This document shows positions 24,530 to 37,549 of a DNA stretch of 64,000 nt, in pieces. Source of the stretch: Eledone cirrhosa (lineage: Eukaryota); NCBI GenBank assembly GCA_964016885.1, contig OZ024740.1:170314001-170378000 (forward strand). The letters are read 5' to 3'. Positions within the stretch are counted from its first letter, which is position 1. Each line of letters starts with the position of its first letter. The position numbers were made by a program, and so were the translations under genes. The notes under the pieces are model-generated. The model saw nothing but the letters and a program-made list of their open reading frames with translations, had not been told where the DNA came from and did not search any database.

Positions 24530-26127
24530 GGTATCTGTAATAAGGAACGCGTAGCCAGGGAATACTACACACGATTAAGAAAGATTTGGTTATCTGAACT
24601 CTCTGCGCAAAACAAACAGTGGCTCACAATGTGTTTGCTGTGCCTGTCCTAACACCAACGTTTGTAATACTCAATTGGACGAAAGACAAATCCGAGCAGT
24701 TGATGTTGGAACTAGAAAAATACTAAACAACACCGGAAACTTCCACATCAACAGTGACATAGACCGCCTTTACTTGAAACGTAAGCAGGGAGGCAGAGGC
24801 CTAACATCAGTCCAGACAACATTTGAATGTCGCATTATATCACTCTGACATCTACGAATCTCAAAGCCTAGGAGCCCGTCTCTCGAGCAAGTCTATCTGC
24901 ATGAAACAGATAAGATCATGAGAGTTGGGAAGGAACTCCTCGAGAGATATTCCCTGTGTGATAATCAAAAACTCACACCCAGAGAAGTCGCTCAGCAGTA
25001 TCGCAGTGAATCCATGGATGAAAAACTGTATGCTTATCAGCAAAAAATCATGCATGGATATGTTGCCAGAAAGCTCCAGAGTGAGAGTAATATAGATAGA
25101 GGAAGTAGTCTATCTTGGACCATGAACCGCTATATTGGCTCCCACTTAGAAGGATACGCTTTTGCAATCCAAGAACAGGAGAGTAACACGAAATACCTGA
25201 TTCACAAAAGAGATAGGGATGCAGGCAAAACACCTAGATGTGATAACAAGGACAGACTCTGCAGAACTAACATCGAGGATATCACCCATGTCATCAGCAG
25301 CGGTTCAAATATGTCATTGCGGTACTATCTACCTATGAGGCCAAAACACTGTACAATGCAGTTCGTAAAAAAGATAGCCCCGATAATAAAGACATTAAAA
25401 GCTACAGCAAGTGGAAGACATCCATGTACATAATATGAAAGAGTACTGGTGGCATGTTCCAGTAAAATCCCCAATAAAATGCAGGCATAACAGACCAGAT
25501 ATTATGATATGGAGAAAACATGCACAGTAGTGGAAATTAGCTGCCCAGCAGATGCCAATATAATATCAAAGATTAGCGAAAAGGAGAATATTTTTGCAGA
25601 ACTGATGAGAAATCTGCAGATACTCCACCCTGATTCCACCTTCAGATTTATGCCTGTGATTATTGGGGCACTGGGGTATGTTAGTAACTGCCTCAATACA
25701 AATCTTGAGAAGCTAGGCTTCACAGGAACAGAAAGAACACAACTAGTTAGGAAATTACAAGTACAATCCATTAATGGAACAGTAAAAATATGTAAAACAT
25801 TCCAAACATTTTGCATTTAATAGCTGCATATACACATGTACAGATACAAAGCATATACACATGCACACATACAATTCAAAACAAACACATCCACACATAC
25901 AATAACATGCATATCTACACATGCATGCATGCATACATAATCTACCTAGTTGATGTTGTGTAAATTCCAATGAGAGAGTATTGTGTCTATGTTAGAAACC
26001 GACTCTCTCTATTGGGAAAAAATTTGTGAAATTATAAAACCAGAAGAACAAACATACATACATACATACATACATACATACATACATACATACATACATA
26101 CATACATACATACATACATACATACAT
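24530..26127 (+). mobile_element. 5'-truncated R4/Dong-clade non-LTR retrotransposon (RT end, CCHC knuckle, restriction-like endonuclease), 3' UTR and (TACA)n tail
   Basis: EYYTRLRKIWLSELS, DIDRLYLKRKQGGRGL, FAIQEQ, (C)RLCRTNIEDITHVISS, HNRPDIMIW, VVEISCPAD, PVIIGALG; stop at 25820; (CATA)n at 26053-26125. Confidence 0.88.
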
Positions 26128-26679
26128 GCATACAACCCATAAACATAGTTCTGAATCTCAACACCTGTTATGTTTTTTTTTCAATTATTATTTTGATTGT
26201 GAGGTGGTATTTTAACAGGATTTTGGCTGCTATATCTAGCATTCTGGGAGACCTCACTGAGGCTCTCTACAGCTGACATGCAACTCATTTCCACAACAAA
26301 TGAAATATCGAACATTAACAGCTGATGTCTCTCACTCAGCATCTCGCTCTCTATCGCCCACTCACTTATCTATCTATATTTTCCTCACTCTTTCTCTCTC
26401 TTTCATGTAACATCCCCCCCTCTCTCTCTCTCTCTCTCTTGCTCTCGTTCTCTCTCTCTCTATCTCTCTCGTTATTACACACACACACACACATACACAT
26501 ATATATATATACAAACACAAATATACATACATAAACCTGTAATTTAAAGAACCAGCGTTGTCACACGCAACGTCACGTCGAATCTCCCTGAGAATCATAT
26601 GACGGTGGCACGTGTCTGTGGAATGTTCAGCCATTTGCATGATAATTTCTCGAGCAGGCTGTTCTGTTGATTAAACCGT

Positions 26680-26715
26680 CACTACTACTAGTACTACTAC
26701 TGCTGCTACTTATGA

Positions 26716-26782
<67 letters not shown>

Positions 26783-26785
26783 ACG
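26680..26785. repeat. (CTA)/(CTG)/(ATG)n compound microsatellite
   Basis: Direct inspection. Confidence 0.9.
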
Positions 26786-26857
26786 ACATCTCTTGCTACT
26801 GCTATTACTGTTAAAGCTCCTTGCTGGTGTTGTAATTATTATCATTATCATTGCTGT

Positions 26858-27078
26858 GCGGTGGATTGGCAGTATCGGTAGAGCATCAGACACCATGCGT
26901 TGCAGCATAGAGTTATGGTCCATTACATCCTGAGTTCAAATCCCGCCGAGGTTAACTTTGTCTTTCATCCTTACGGGGGTCGATAAAATAAAGTACCAGT
27001 AATGCACTGGTATCAATTTAATCGACTTTTCCATACCCCCAAAATTGCTGGCCTTGTGCGTAAATAAGAAACCATTAT
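26858..27078 (+). mobile_element. SINE family A, long form (first of tandem pair)
   Basis: Contains the extra tatcaatttaatcgacttttccatacccccaa segment that is absent from short-form copies. Confidence 0.92.
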
Positions 27079-27079
27079 T

Positions 27080-27268
27080 GGTGGATTGGCAGTATCGGTA
27101 GAGGGTCGGACGCCATGCTTTCCAGCATAGTTACGTCCCTTTACGGTCTGAGTTCAAATCCCGCCGAGGTTGACTTTGCCTTTCATCCTTACAGGGTCGA
27201 TAAAATAAAGTACCAGTAATGTACTGGGTTAATTTGCTGGCCTTGTGCCTAAAGTAGAAACAATTATT
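27080..27268 (+). mobile_element. SINE family A, short form (second of tandem pair)
   Basis: Full match to consensus directly after the previous copy's tail. Confidence 0.92.
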
Positions 27269-27390
27269 ACTGCTTCCATATCCTTTGTTTTGTTGCTGTT
27301 GTTTTCACTGTTTAATGAGGACGGGAAGGGCATTGGCTATGACACTTTCCAGGGCCTGGCGGACTCGGACGACGACGTTGACTCGGAGGA

Positions 27391-27402
27391 TTTCTTCTTC
27401 TT

Positions 27403-27433
<31 letters not shown>

Positions 27434-27775
27434 ATTCTGGGAGGGTCGTAGGTGCAGAGCCCTCAAGGACGCCTTCCAGCGAGTCTTGTTAGAAGCAACT
27501 GTCCCCAATTGATTCGGCAGTATCCCTAAAACAGAGTAGCCGAGCTCATATATGTTATCCAGCCATCTTACTCAGGGTCTATCCGTGGGTTTCTTGGAGG
27601 TTGGTTTTTTCCGTTAAATATGTCCAGAGATTCTTTTCCTAGATATTCTGACCACATTTTCGTAGTATCCGAGACGTAGCTGTTCTACCTGGAGAACTCC
27701 CTGATCTCCAAGCTATGCACTGTATCAAGTAATATTACTCCAAACACCCTTCGAAGGAACCCTATTTCGGCCACT
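27391..27775 (-). mobile_element. RTE-clade LINE 3' end with (GAA)n tail, same family as 23020-23887
   Basis: Minus strand reads RWLDNIYELGYSVLGILPNQLGTVASNKTRWKASLRAL; (TTC)n at 27391-27431 on the plus strand. Confidence 0.8.
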
Positions 27776-27957
27776 TGACGTGGGTCATAAATTAAATCTA
27801 CCTCCCATGTAGGCCGTGGATTGAACTCAGAACGCAAAATACAATTATCACCTCTGATGTTTTAGCAATTTCTCAATCCACTGCCCTGGAATGATGTTTT
27901 ATTTTATTAGGGAGCCTGAAAAGATGAAAGGCAAACTTGAGCTCCGAAGAATTTAAA

Positions 27958-30900
27958 GTTGCTTCTGTTGCTGTTATTGTTGCTGTTGTTTTTGTTGTTA
28001 TTGCTGTTGCTGGTGTTGTTGTTACTGTTGTTGTTGTTGTTTTTGTTGTTGTTGCTGCTGTTGCTGGTGTTGTTGTTACTGTTGTTGTTGTTGTTATTGC
28101 TGTTGCTGGTGTTGTTGTTACTGCCGTTGCTGTTGTTTTTGTTGTTTCTGCTGTTGCTGGTGTTGTTGTTACTGTTGTTGTTGTTGTTTTTGTTGCTGCT
28201 GCTGTTGTTGTTACTGTTGTGGCTGTTGTTTTTGTTGTTTCTGCTGTGCTGGTGTTGTTGTTACAGTTGTTGTTGTTTTTGTTGTTGCTGCTGTTGCTGG
28301 TGTTGTTGTTACTGTTGTTGTTGTTGTTTTTGTTGTTGCTGCTGTTGCTGGTGTTGTTGTTACTGTTGTTGTTGTTTTTGTTGTTGCTGCTGTTGCTGGT
28401 GTTGTTGTTACTGTTGTTGCTGTTGTTTTTGTTGTTGCTGCTGTGCTGGTGTTGTTGTTACTGTTGTTGTTGTTGTTTTTGTTGTTGCTGCTGTTGCTGC
28501 TGCTGTTGCTGGTGTTGTTGTTACTGCTGTTGTTGTTGTTGCTGTTGTTGCTGCTGTTGCTGGTGTTGTTATAACTGTTGTTGCTGTTATTTTTGTTGTT
28601 GCTGCTGTTGCTGCTGCTGTTGTTGCTGTTGTTGTTGTTGTTTTTGTTGTTGCTGCTGTTGCTGGTGTTGTTGTTACTGTTGTTGTTGTTGTTTTTGTTG
28701 TTGCTGCTGTTGCTGGTGTTGTTGTTACTGTTGTTGTTGTTGTTTTTGTTGTTGCTGCTGTTGCTGCTGCTGTTGTTGCTGTTGTTGTTGTTGTTTTTGT
28801 TGTTGCTGCTGTTGCTGGTGTTGTTGTTACTGTTGTTGTTGTTGTTTTTGTTGCTGCTGCTGTTGCTGGTGTTGTTGTTACTGCTGTTGTTGTTGTTGCT
28901 GTTGTTGCTGCTGTTGCTGGTGTTGTTGTTACTGTTGCTGTTGTTGTTTTTGTTGTTGCTGCTGTTGCTGGTGTTGTTGTTACTGTTGTTGTTGTTGTTT
29001 TTGTTGTTGCTGCTGTGCTGGTGTTGTTGTTGCTGTTGTTGTTGTTGTTTTTGTTGTTGCTGCTGTTGCTGGTGTTGTTGTTACTGTTGTTGCTGTTGTT
29101 TTTGTTGTTGCTGCTGTTGCTGGTGTTGTTGTTGCTGTTCTTGCTGTTGTTTTTGTTGCTGCTGCTGTTGCTGCTGCTGTTGCTGGTGTTGTTGTTACTG
29201 CTGTTGTTGTTGTTTTTGTTGTTGCTGCTGTTGCTGGTGTTGTTGTTACTGTTGTTGTTGTTGTTTTTGTTGTTGCTGCTGTTGCTGGTGTTGTTGTTGT
29301 TCTTTTTGTTGTTGCTGCTGTTGCTGCTGCTGTTGTTTCTGTTGTTGCTGTTGTTTTTGTTGTTGCTGCTGTGGCTGCTGCTGTTGTTACTGTTGTTGCT
29401 GTTGTTTTTGTTGTTGCTGCTGTTGCTGGTGTTGTTGTTACTGTTGTTGTTGTTGTTTTTGTTGTTGCTGATGTTGCTGCTGCTGTTGCTGGTGTTGTTG
29501 TTACTGTTGTTGTTGTTGTTTTTGTTGTTGCTGCTGTTGCTGCTGCTGTTGTTTCTGTTGTTGCTGTTGTTTTTGTTGTTGCTGCTGTGGCTGCTGCTGT
29601 TGTTACTGTTGTTGCTGTTGTTTTTGTTGTTGCTGCTGTTGCTGCTGCTGTTGTTTCTGTTGTTGTTGTTGTTTTTATTGTTGCTGCTGTTGCTGCTGCT
29701 GTTGTTTCTGTTGTTGCTGTTGTTTTTGTTGTTGCTGCTGTGGCTGCTGCTGTTGTTACTGTTGTTGCTGTTGTTTTTGTTGTTGCTGCTGTTGCTGGTG
29801 TTGTTGTTACTGTTGTTGTTGTTGTTTTTGTTGTTGCTGCTGTGGCTGCTGCTGTTGTTACTGTTGTTGCTGTTGTTTTTGTTGTTGCTGCTGTTGCTGG
29901 TGTTGTTGCTGCTGCTGTTGCTGGTGTTGTTGTTTACTGTTGTTGTTGTTGTTTTTGTTATTGCTGCTGTTGCTGGTGTTGTTGCTGCTGCTGTTGCTGG
30001 TGTTGTTGTTACTGTTGTTGTTGTTGTTTTTATTGTTGCTGCTGTTGCTGCTGTTGCTGCTGCTGTTGTTACTGTTGTTGCTGTTGTTTTTGTTGTTGCT
30101 GCTGTTGCTGGTGTTGTTGTTACTGTTGTTGTTGTTGTTTTTGTTGTTGCTGCTGTTGCTGCTGCTGTTGCTGGTGTTGTTGTTACTGTTGTTGTTGTTG
30201 TTTTTGTTGTTGCTGCTGTTGCTGCTGCTGTTGTTTCTGTTGTTGCTGTTGTTTTTGTTGTTGCTGCTGTTGCTGGTGTTGTTGTTACTGTTGTTGTTGT
30301 TGTTGTTTTTATTGTTGCTGCTGTTGCTGCTGCTGTTGTTACTGTCGTTGCTGTTTTTTTGTTGCTGCTGCTGTGGCTGCTGCTGTTGTTACTGTTGTTG
30401 TTGTTGTTTTTGTTGTTACTGCTGTTGCTGGTGTTGTTGTTACTGTTGTTGTTGTTGTTTTTGTTGTTGCTGCTGTTGCTGCTGGTGTTGTAACTGTTGT
30501 TGTTGTTGTGGCTGTTGTTGCTGCTGTTGCTGGTGTTGTTGTTACTGTTGTTGTTGTTGTTTTTGTTGTTGCTGCTGTTGCTGCTGGTGTTGTAACTGTT
30601 GTTGTTGTTGTGGCTGTTGTTGCTGCTGTTGCTGGTGTTGTTGTTACTGTTGTTGTTGTTGTTTTTGTTGTTGCTGCTGTTGCTGGTGTTGTTGTTACTG
30701 TTGTTGCTGTTGTTTTTGTTGTTGCTGCTGTTGCTAGTGTTGTTGTTACTGTTGTTGTTGTTGTTTTTGTTGTTGCTGCTGTTGCTAGTGTTGTTGTTAC
30801 TGTTGTTGTTGTTGTTTTTGTTGTTGCTGCTGTTGCTGCTGCTGTTGCTGGTGTTGTTGTTACTGTTGTTGTTGTTGTTTTTGTTGTTGCTGCTGTTGCT

Positions 30901-32244
30901 GGTGTTGTTGTTACTGTTGTTGCTGTTGTTTTTGTTGTTGCTGCTGTTGCTGGTGTTGTTGTTACTGTTGTTGCTGTTGTTTTTGTTGTTGCTGCTGTTG
31001 CTAGTGTTGTTGTTACTGTTGTTGTTGTTGTTTTTGTTGTTGCTGCTGTTGCTGCTGCTGTTGCTGGTGTTGTTGTTACTGTAGTTGTTGTTGTTTTTGT
31101 TGTTGCTGCTGTTGCTGGTGTTGTTGTTACTGTTGTGGCTGTTGTTGCTGCTGTTGCTGGTGTTGTTGTTACTGTTGTTGTTGTTGTTTTTGTTGTTACT
31201 GATGTTGTTGCTGCTGTTGCTGGTGTTGTTGTAACTGTTGTGGCTGTTGTTGCTGCTGTTGCCGGTGTTGTTGTTACTGTTGTTGTTGTTGTTGTTTTTG
31301 TAGTTGCTGCTGTTGTTGCTGCTGTTGCTGGTGTTGTTGTAACTGTTGTTGCTTTTGTTTTTGTTGTTGCTGTTGTTGCTGGTGTTGTTGTTACTGTTGT
31401 TGTTGTTGTTTTTGTTGTTGCTGTTGTTGCTGGTGTTGTTGTTACTGCTGTTGCTGCTGCTGTTGTTGCTGTTGTTGTTGTTGTTTTTGTTGTTACTGTT
31501 GTTGCTGGTGTTGTTGTTACTGTTGTTGTTGTTGTTTTTGTTGTTGCTGCTGTGGCTGCTGCTGTTGTTACTGTTGTTGCTGTTGTTTTTGTTGTTGCTG
31601 CTGTTGCTGGTGTTGTTGCTGCTGCTGTTGCTGGTGTTGTTGTTTACTGTTGTTGTTGTTGTTTTTGTTATTGCTGCTGTTGCTGGTGTTGTTGCTGCTG
31701 CTGTTGCTGGTGTTGTTGTTACTGTTGTTGTTGTTGTTTTTGTTGTTGCTGCTGTTGCTGGTGTTGTTGCTGCTGCTGTTGCTGGTGTTGTTGTTGTTGC
31801 TGCTGTTGCTGCTGTTGTTGTTACTGTTGTTGCTGTTGTTTATGTTGTTGCTGCTGTTGCTGGTGTTGTTGTTACTGTTGTTGCTGCTGTTGTTGTTGTT
31901 GCTGCTGTTGCTGGTTTTGTTGTTACTGTTGTTGCTGGTGTTGTTGTTGTTGCTGCTGTTGCTGGTTTTGTTGTTACTGTTGTGGCTGTTGTTGTTGTTG
32001 TTGCTGCTGTTGCTGGTGTTGTTGCTGCTGCTGTTGCTGGTGTTGTTGTTACTGTTGTTGCCGCTGTTGTTGTTGTTGCTGCTGTTGCTGGTGTTGTTGT
32101 TACTGTTGTTGCTGCTGTTGTTGTTGTTGCTGCTGTTGCTGGTGTTGTTGTTACTGTTGTTGCTGCTGTTGTTGTTGTTGCTGCTGCTGCTGGGGTTGTT
32201 GTTACTGTTGTTGCTGTTGTTTTTGTTGTTGCTGCTGTTGCTGG

Positions 32245-32278
<34 letters not shown>

Positions 32279-32370
32279 ACTGTTGTTGCTGCTGTTTTTG
32301 TTGTTGCTGCTGTTGCTGGTGTTGTTGTTACTGTTGTTGCTGCTGTTGTTGTTGTTACTGCTGTTGCCGG
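27958..32370. repeat. (GTT/GCT)-derived minisatellite, basic unit 51 bp with many variants
   Basis: Unit gttgttgctgctgttgctggtgttgttgttactgttgttgttgttgttttt; tttttg recurs at 28641 and 28692. Confidence 0.95.
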
Positions 32371-35300
32371 TGTTGTTGCTGTTGTTGCTTCATTGTTGTT
32401 ACTGTTGTTACTGCTGTTGCCGGTGTTATTACTGTTGTTGCTTCGTTGTTGTTACTGTTGTTACTGCTGTTGCCGGTGTTGTTGCTGCTGTTGCTTCGTT
32501 GTTGTTACTGTTGTTACTGCTGTTGCCGGTGTTGTTGCTGCTGTTGCTTCGTTGTTGTTACTGTTGTTGCTTCATTGTTGTTACTGTTGTTACTGCTGTT
32601 GCTTCGTTGTTGTTACTGTTGTTACTGCTGTTGCCGGTGTTGTTACTGTTGTTGCCGGTGTTGTTGCTGTTGTTGCTTCGTTGTTGTTACTGTTGTTACT
32701 GCTGTTGCCAGTGTTGTTACTGTTGTTGCTTCGTTGTTGTTACTGTTGTTACTGCTGTTGCCGGTGTTGTTACTGTTGTTGCTTCGTTGTTGTTACTGTT
32801 GTTACTGCTGTTGTTGTTACTGTTGTTACTGCTGTTGCCGGTGTTGTTGCTGTTGTTGCTTCGTTGTTGTTACTGTTGTTACTGCTGTTGCCGGTGTTGT
32901 TACTGTTGTTGCTTCGTTGTTGTTACTGTTGTTACTGCTGTTGCCGGTGTTGTTACTGTTGTTGCTTCGTTGTTGTTACTGTTGTTACTGCTGTTGCCGG
33001 TGTTGTTGCTGTTGTTGCTTCGTTGTTGTTACTGTTGTTACTGCTGTTGCCGGTGTTGTTACTGTTGTTGCTTCGTTGTTGTTACTGTTGTTACTGCTGT
33101 TGCCGGTGTTGTTGCTGCTGTGGCTTCGTTGTTGTTACTGTTGTTGCTTCGTTGTTGTTACTGTTGTTACTGCTGTTGCTTCGTTGTTGTTACTGTTGTT
33201 AGTGTTGTTTTTGTTGTTGTTGCTGTTTCTGGTGTTGTTGCTGTTGTTGCTTCGTTGTTGTTACTGTTGTTACTGCTGTTGCCGGTGTTGTTGCTGTTGT
33301 TGCTTCGTTGTTGTTACTGTTGTTACTGCTGTTGCCGGTTTTGTTGCTGTTGTTGCTTCGTTGTTGTTACTGTTGTTACTGCTGTTGCTTCGTTGTTGTT
33401 ACTGTTGTTGCTTCGTTGTTGTAACTGTTGTTACTGCTGTTGCTTCGTTGTTGTTACTGTTGTTACTGCTGTTGCCGGTGTTGTTACTGTTGTTGCCGGT
33501 GTTGTTGCTGTTGTTGCTTCGTTGTTGTTACTGTTGTTACTGCTGTTGCCGGTGTTGTTACTGTTGTTGCTTCGTTGTTGTTACTGTTGTTACTGCTGTT
33601 GCCGGTGTTGTTGCTGCTGTTGCTTCGTTGTTGTTACTGTTGTTACTGCTGTTGCCAGTGTTGTTACTGTTGTTGCTTCGTTGTTGTTACTGTTGTTACT
33701 GCTGTTGCCGGTGTTGTTACTGTTGTTGCTTTGTTGTTGTTACTGTTGTTACTGCTGTTGCCGGTGTTGTTGCTGCTGTTGCTTCGTTGTTGTTACCGTT
33801 GTTGCTTCGTTGTTGTTACTGTTGTTACTGCTGTTGCTTCGTTGTTGTTACTGTTGTTACTGCTGTTGCCGGTATTGTTACTGTTGTTGCCGGTGTTGTT
33901 GCTGTTGTTGCTTCGTTGTTGTTACTGTTGTTACTGCTGTTGCCGGTGTTGTTACTGTTGTTGCTTCGTTGTTGTTACTGTTGTTACTGCTGTTGCCGGT
34001 GTTGTTGCTGTTGTTGCTTCGTTGTTGTTACTGTTGTTACTGCTGTTGCCGGTGTTGTTACTGTTGTTGCTTCGTTGTTGTTACTGTTGTTACTGCTGTT
34101 GCCGGTGTTGTTACTGTTGTTGCTTCGTTGTTGTTACTGTTGTTACTGCTGTTGCCGGTGTTGTTGCTGTTGTTGCTTCGTTGTTGTTACTGTTGTTACT
34201 GCTGTTGCCGGTGTTGTTACTGTTGTTGCTTCGTTGTTGTTACTGTTGTTACTGCTGTTGCCGGTGTTGTTGCTGTTGTTGCTTCGTTGTTGTTACTGTT
34301 GTTACTGCTGTTGCCGGTGTTGTTACTGTTGTTGCTTCGTTGTTGTTACTGTTGTTACTGCTGTTGCCGGTGTTGTTACTGTTGTTGCTTCGTTGTTGTT
34401 ACTGTTGTTACTGCTGTTGCCGGTGTTGTTGCTGTTGTTGCTTCGTTGTTGTTACTGTTGTTACTGCTGTTGCCGGTGTTGTTACTGTTGTTGCTTCGTT
34501 GTTGTTACTGTTGTTACTGCTGTTGCCGGTGTTGTTGCTGCTGTTGCTTCGTTGTTGTTACTGTTGTTGCTTCGTTGTTGTTACTGTTGTTACTGCTGTT
34601 GCCGGTGTTGTTGCTGTTGTTGCTTCGTTGTTGTTACTGTTGTTACTGCTGTTGCCGGTGTTGTTGCTGTTGTTGCTTCGTTGTTGTTACTGTTGTTACT
34701 GCTGTTGCCGGTGTTGTTACTGTTGTTGCTTCGTTGTTGTTACTGTTGTTACTGCTGTTGCCGGTGTTGTTACTGTTGTTGCTTCGTTGTTGTTACTGTT
34801 GTTACTGCTGTTGCCGGTGTTGTTGCTGTTGTTGCTTCGTTGTTGTTACTGTTGTTACTGCTGTTGCCGGTGTTGTTACTGTTGTTGCTTCGTTGTTGTT
34901 ACTGTTGTTACTGCTGTTGCCGGTGTTGTTACTGTTGTTGCTTCGTTGTTGTTACTGTTGTTACTGCTGTTGCCGGTGTTGTTGCTGTTGTTGCTTCGTT
35001 GTTGTTACTGTTGTTACTGCTGTTGCCGGTGTTGTTACTGTTGTTGCTTCGTTGTTGTTACTGTTGTTACTGCTGTTGCCGGTGTTGTTGCTGCTGTTGC
35101 TTCGTTGTTGTTACTGTTGTTGCTTCGTTGTTGTTACTGTTGTTACTGCTGTTGCTTCGTTGTTGTTACTGTTGTTACTGCTGTTGCCGGTGTTGTTACT
35201 CTTGTTGCTTCGTTGTTGTTACTGTTGTTACTGCTGTTGCCGGTGTTGTTGCTGTTGTTGCTTCGTTGTTGTTACTGTTGTTACTGCTGTTGCCGGTGTT

Positions 35301-36990
35301 GTTGCTGTTGTTGCTTCGTTGTTGTTACTGTTGTTACTGCTGTTGCCGGTGTTGTTGCTGCTGTTGCTTCGTTGTTGTTACTGTTGTTGCTTCGTTGTTG
35401 TTACTGTTGTTACTGCTGTTGCTTCGTTGTTGTTACTGTTGTTACTGCTGTTGCCGGTGTTGTTACTGTTGTTGCTTCGTTGTTGTTACTGTTGTTACTG
35501 CTGTTGCCGGTGTTGTTGCTGTTGTTGCTTCGTTGTTGTTACTGTTGTTACTGCTGTTGCCGGTGTTGTTGCTGTTGTTGCTTCGTTGTTGTTACTGTTG
35601 TTACTGCTGTTGCCGGTGTTGTTGCTGTTGTTGCTTCGTTGTTGTTACTGTTGTTACTGCTGTTGCCGGTGTTGTTGCTGTTGTTGCTTCGTTGTTGTTA
35701 CTGTTGTTACTGCTGTTGCCGGTGTTGTTGCTGTTGTTGCTTCGTTGTTGTTACTGTTGTTACTGCTGTTGCCTGTGTTGTTTCTGTTGTTGCTTCGTTG
35801 TTGTTACTGTTGTTACTGCTGTTGCCGGTGTTGTTACTGCTGTTGCTTCGTTGTTGTTACTGTTGTTACTGCTGTTGCCGGTGTTGTTACTGTTGTTGCT
35901 TCGTTGTTGTTACTGTTGTTACTGCTGTTGCCGGTGTTGTTGCTGTTGTTGCTTCGTTGTTGTTACTGTTGTTACTGCTGTTGCCGGTGTTGTTGCTGTT
36001 GTTGCTTCGTTGTTGTTACTGTTGTTACTGCTGTTGCCGGTGTTGTTGCTGTTGTTGCTTCGTTGTTGTTACTGTTGTTACTGCTGTTGCCGGTGTTGTT
36101 GCTGTTGTTGCTTCGTTGTTGTTACTGTCGTTATTGCTGTTGCCGGTGTTGTTGCTGTTATTGCTTCGTTGTTGTTACTTTTGTTACTGCTGTTGCCGGT
36201 GTTGTTACTGTTGTTGCTTCGTTGTTGTTACTGTTGTTACTTCTGTTGCCGGTGTTGTTGCTGTTTTTGCTTCGTTGTTGTTACTGTTGTTACTGCTGTT
36301 GCCGGTGTTGTTGCTGTTGCTGCTTCGTTGTTGTTACTGTTGTTACTGCTGTTGCCGGTGTTGTTGCTGTTGTTGTTACTGTTGTTACTGTTGTTACTGC
36401 TGTTGCCGGTGCTGTTACTGCTGTTGCTTCGTTGTTGTTACTGTTGTTACTGCTGTTGCCGGTGTTGTTACTGTTGTTGCTTCGTTGTTGTTACTGTTGT
36501 TACTGCTGTTGCCGGTGTTGTTGCTGTTGTTGCTTCGTTGTTGTTACTGTTGTTGCTGCTGTTGCCGGTGTTGTTGCTGTTGTTGCTTCGTTGTTGTTAC
36601 TGTTGTTACTGCTGTTGCCGGTGTTGTGCTGTTGTTATTACTGTTGTTACTGTTGTTACTGCTGTTGCCGGTGTTGTTACTGCTGTTGCTTCGTTGTTGT
36701 TACTGTTGTTACTGCTGTTGCCGGTGTTGTTGCTGTTGTTGCTGTTGTTGTTACAGTTGTTACTGCTGTTGCCGGTGTTGTTGCTGTTGTTGCTTCGTTG
36801 TTGTTACTGTTGTTGCTGCTGTTGCCGGTGTTGTTGCTGTTGTTGCTTCGTTGTTGTTACTGTTGTTACTGCTGTTACTGCTGTTGTTACTGTTGTTGCT
36901 TCGTTGTTGTTACTGTTGTTGCTGCTGTTGCCGGTGTTGTTGCTGTTGTTGCTTCGTTGTTGTTACTGTTGTTGCTGCTGTTGCCGGTAT
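32371..36990. repeat. 53-bp tandem minisatellite
   Basis: Unit gcttcgttgttgttactgttgttactgctgttgccggtgttgtt(a/g)ctgttgtt; gcttc recurs at 34016 and 34069. Confidence 0.95.
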
Positions 36991-37029
36991 TATTTCTGCA
37001 ATCCTCTTGTTTCCACTACTGCTACTATA

Positions 37030-37315
37030 TGAAGTGTTTGTAGGGTTAGGGTTAGAATCTTCGGCTCGCGAAAAGGATTGACAGTGGTACATTGTATCCT
37101 TGAGCAAGACACTTTATTTCACATTGCTCTAGTCCACTGAGCTGGCAAAAATGAGTTGTAGCTATAAATCAAAGTGCCAACCATTTGTATCACCCTAAAT
37201 CTCCCTGAAAATGATGTTAATCTTACAGAAGTTTGTGGAATGCTCAGCCACTTACTCGTTAATTTCATGAGCAATCTGTTCCATTGTCAAATGACTGGAA
37301 CACTCGTCGTCGCAA
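37030..37315 (+). mobile_element. CORE-SINE-like element (tRNA-like head plus tccttgagcaagacactttatttcac core)
   Basis: The core resembles the MIR/CORE motif (ccttgggcaag.cactt). The 3' part aatctccctga...gtggaatgctcagcca is also found at 26550-26670. Confidence 0.65.
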
Positions 37316-37320
37316 CAACA

Positions 37321-37351
<31 letters not shown>

Positions 37352-37373
37352 TTACTACTACTACTACTACTAG

Positions 37374-37410
<37 letters not shown>

Positions 37411-37411
37411 T

Positions 37412-37469
<58 letters not shown>

Positions 37470-37470
37470 G
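37316..37470. repeat. (ACT)n/(GCT)n microsatellite
   Basis: Direct inspection. Confidence 0.95.
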
Positions 37471-37549
37471 CTCCCATTGATGGTGCTGCTACAGCTATTG
37501 TTACTGTTACTAGTGATGCTGTGCTGCTACTCTACTGTGCCTTGCTAAT

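Noticed and set aside
37041-37054. tagggttagggttag telomere-like motif at the end of the satellite block
   Set aside because: Only about two units, and it coincides with the A-box region of a SINE head.
27937-37081. 3031-aa, 1797-aa, 1217-aa and other long plus-strand ORFs
   Set aside because: They are translations of GTT/GCT satellite lacking stop codons. All three frames are open and cycle through poly-V/L/C, and the 53-bp unit is not a multiple of 3.
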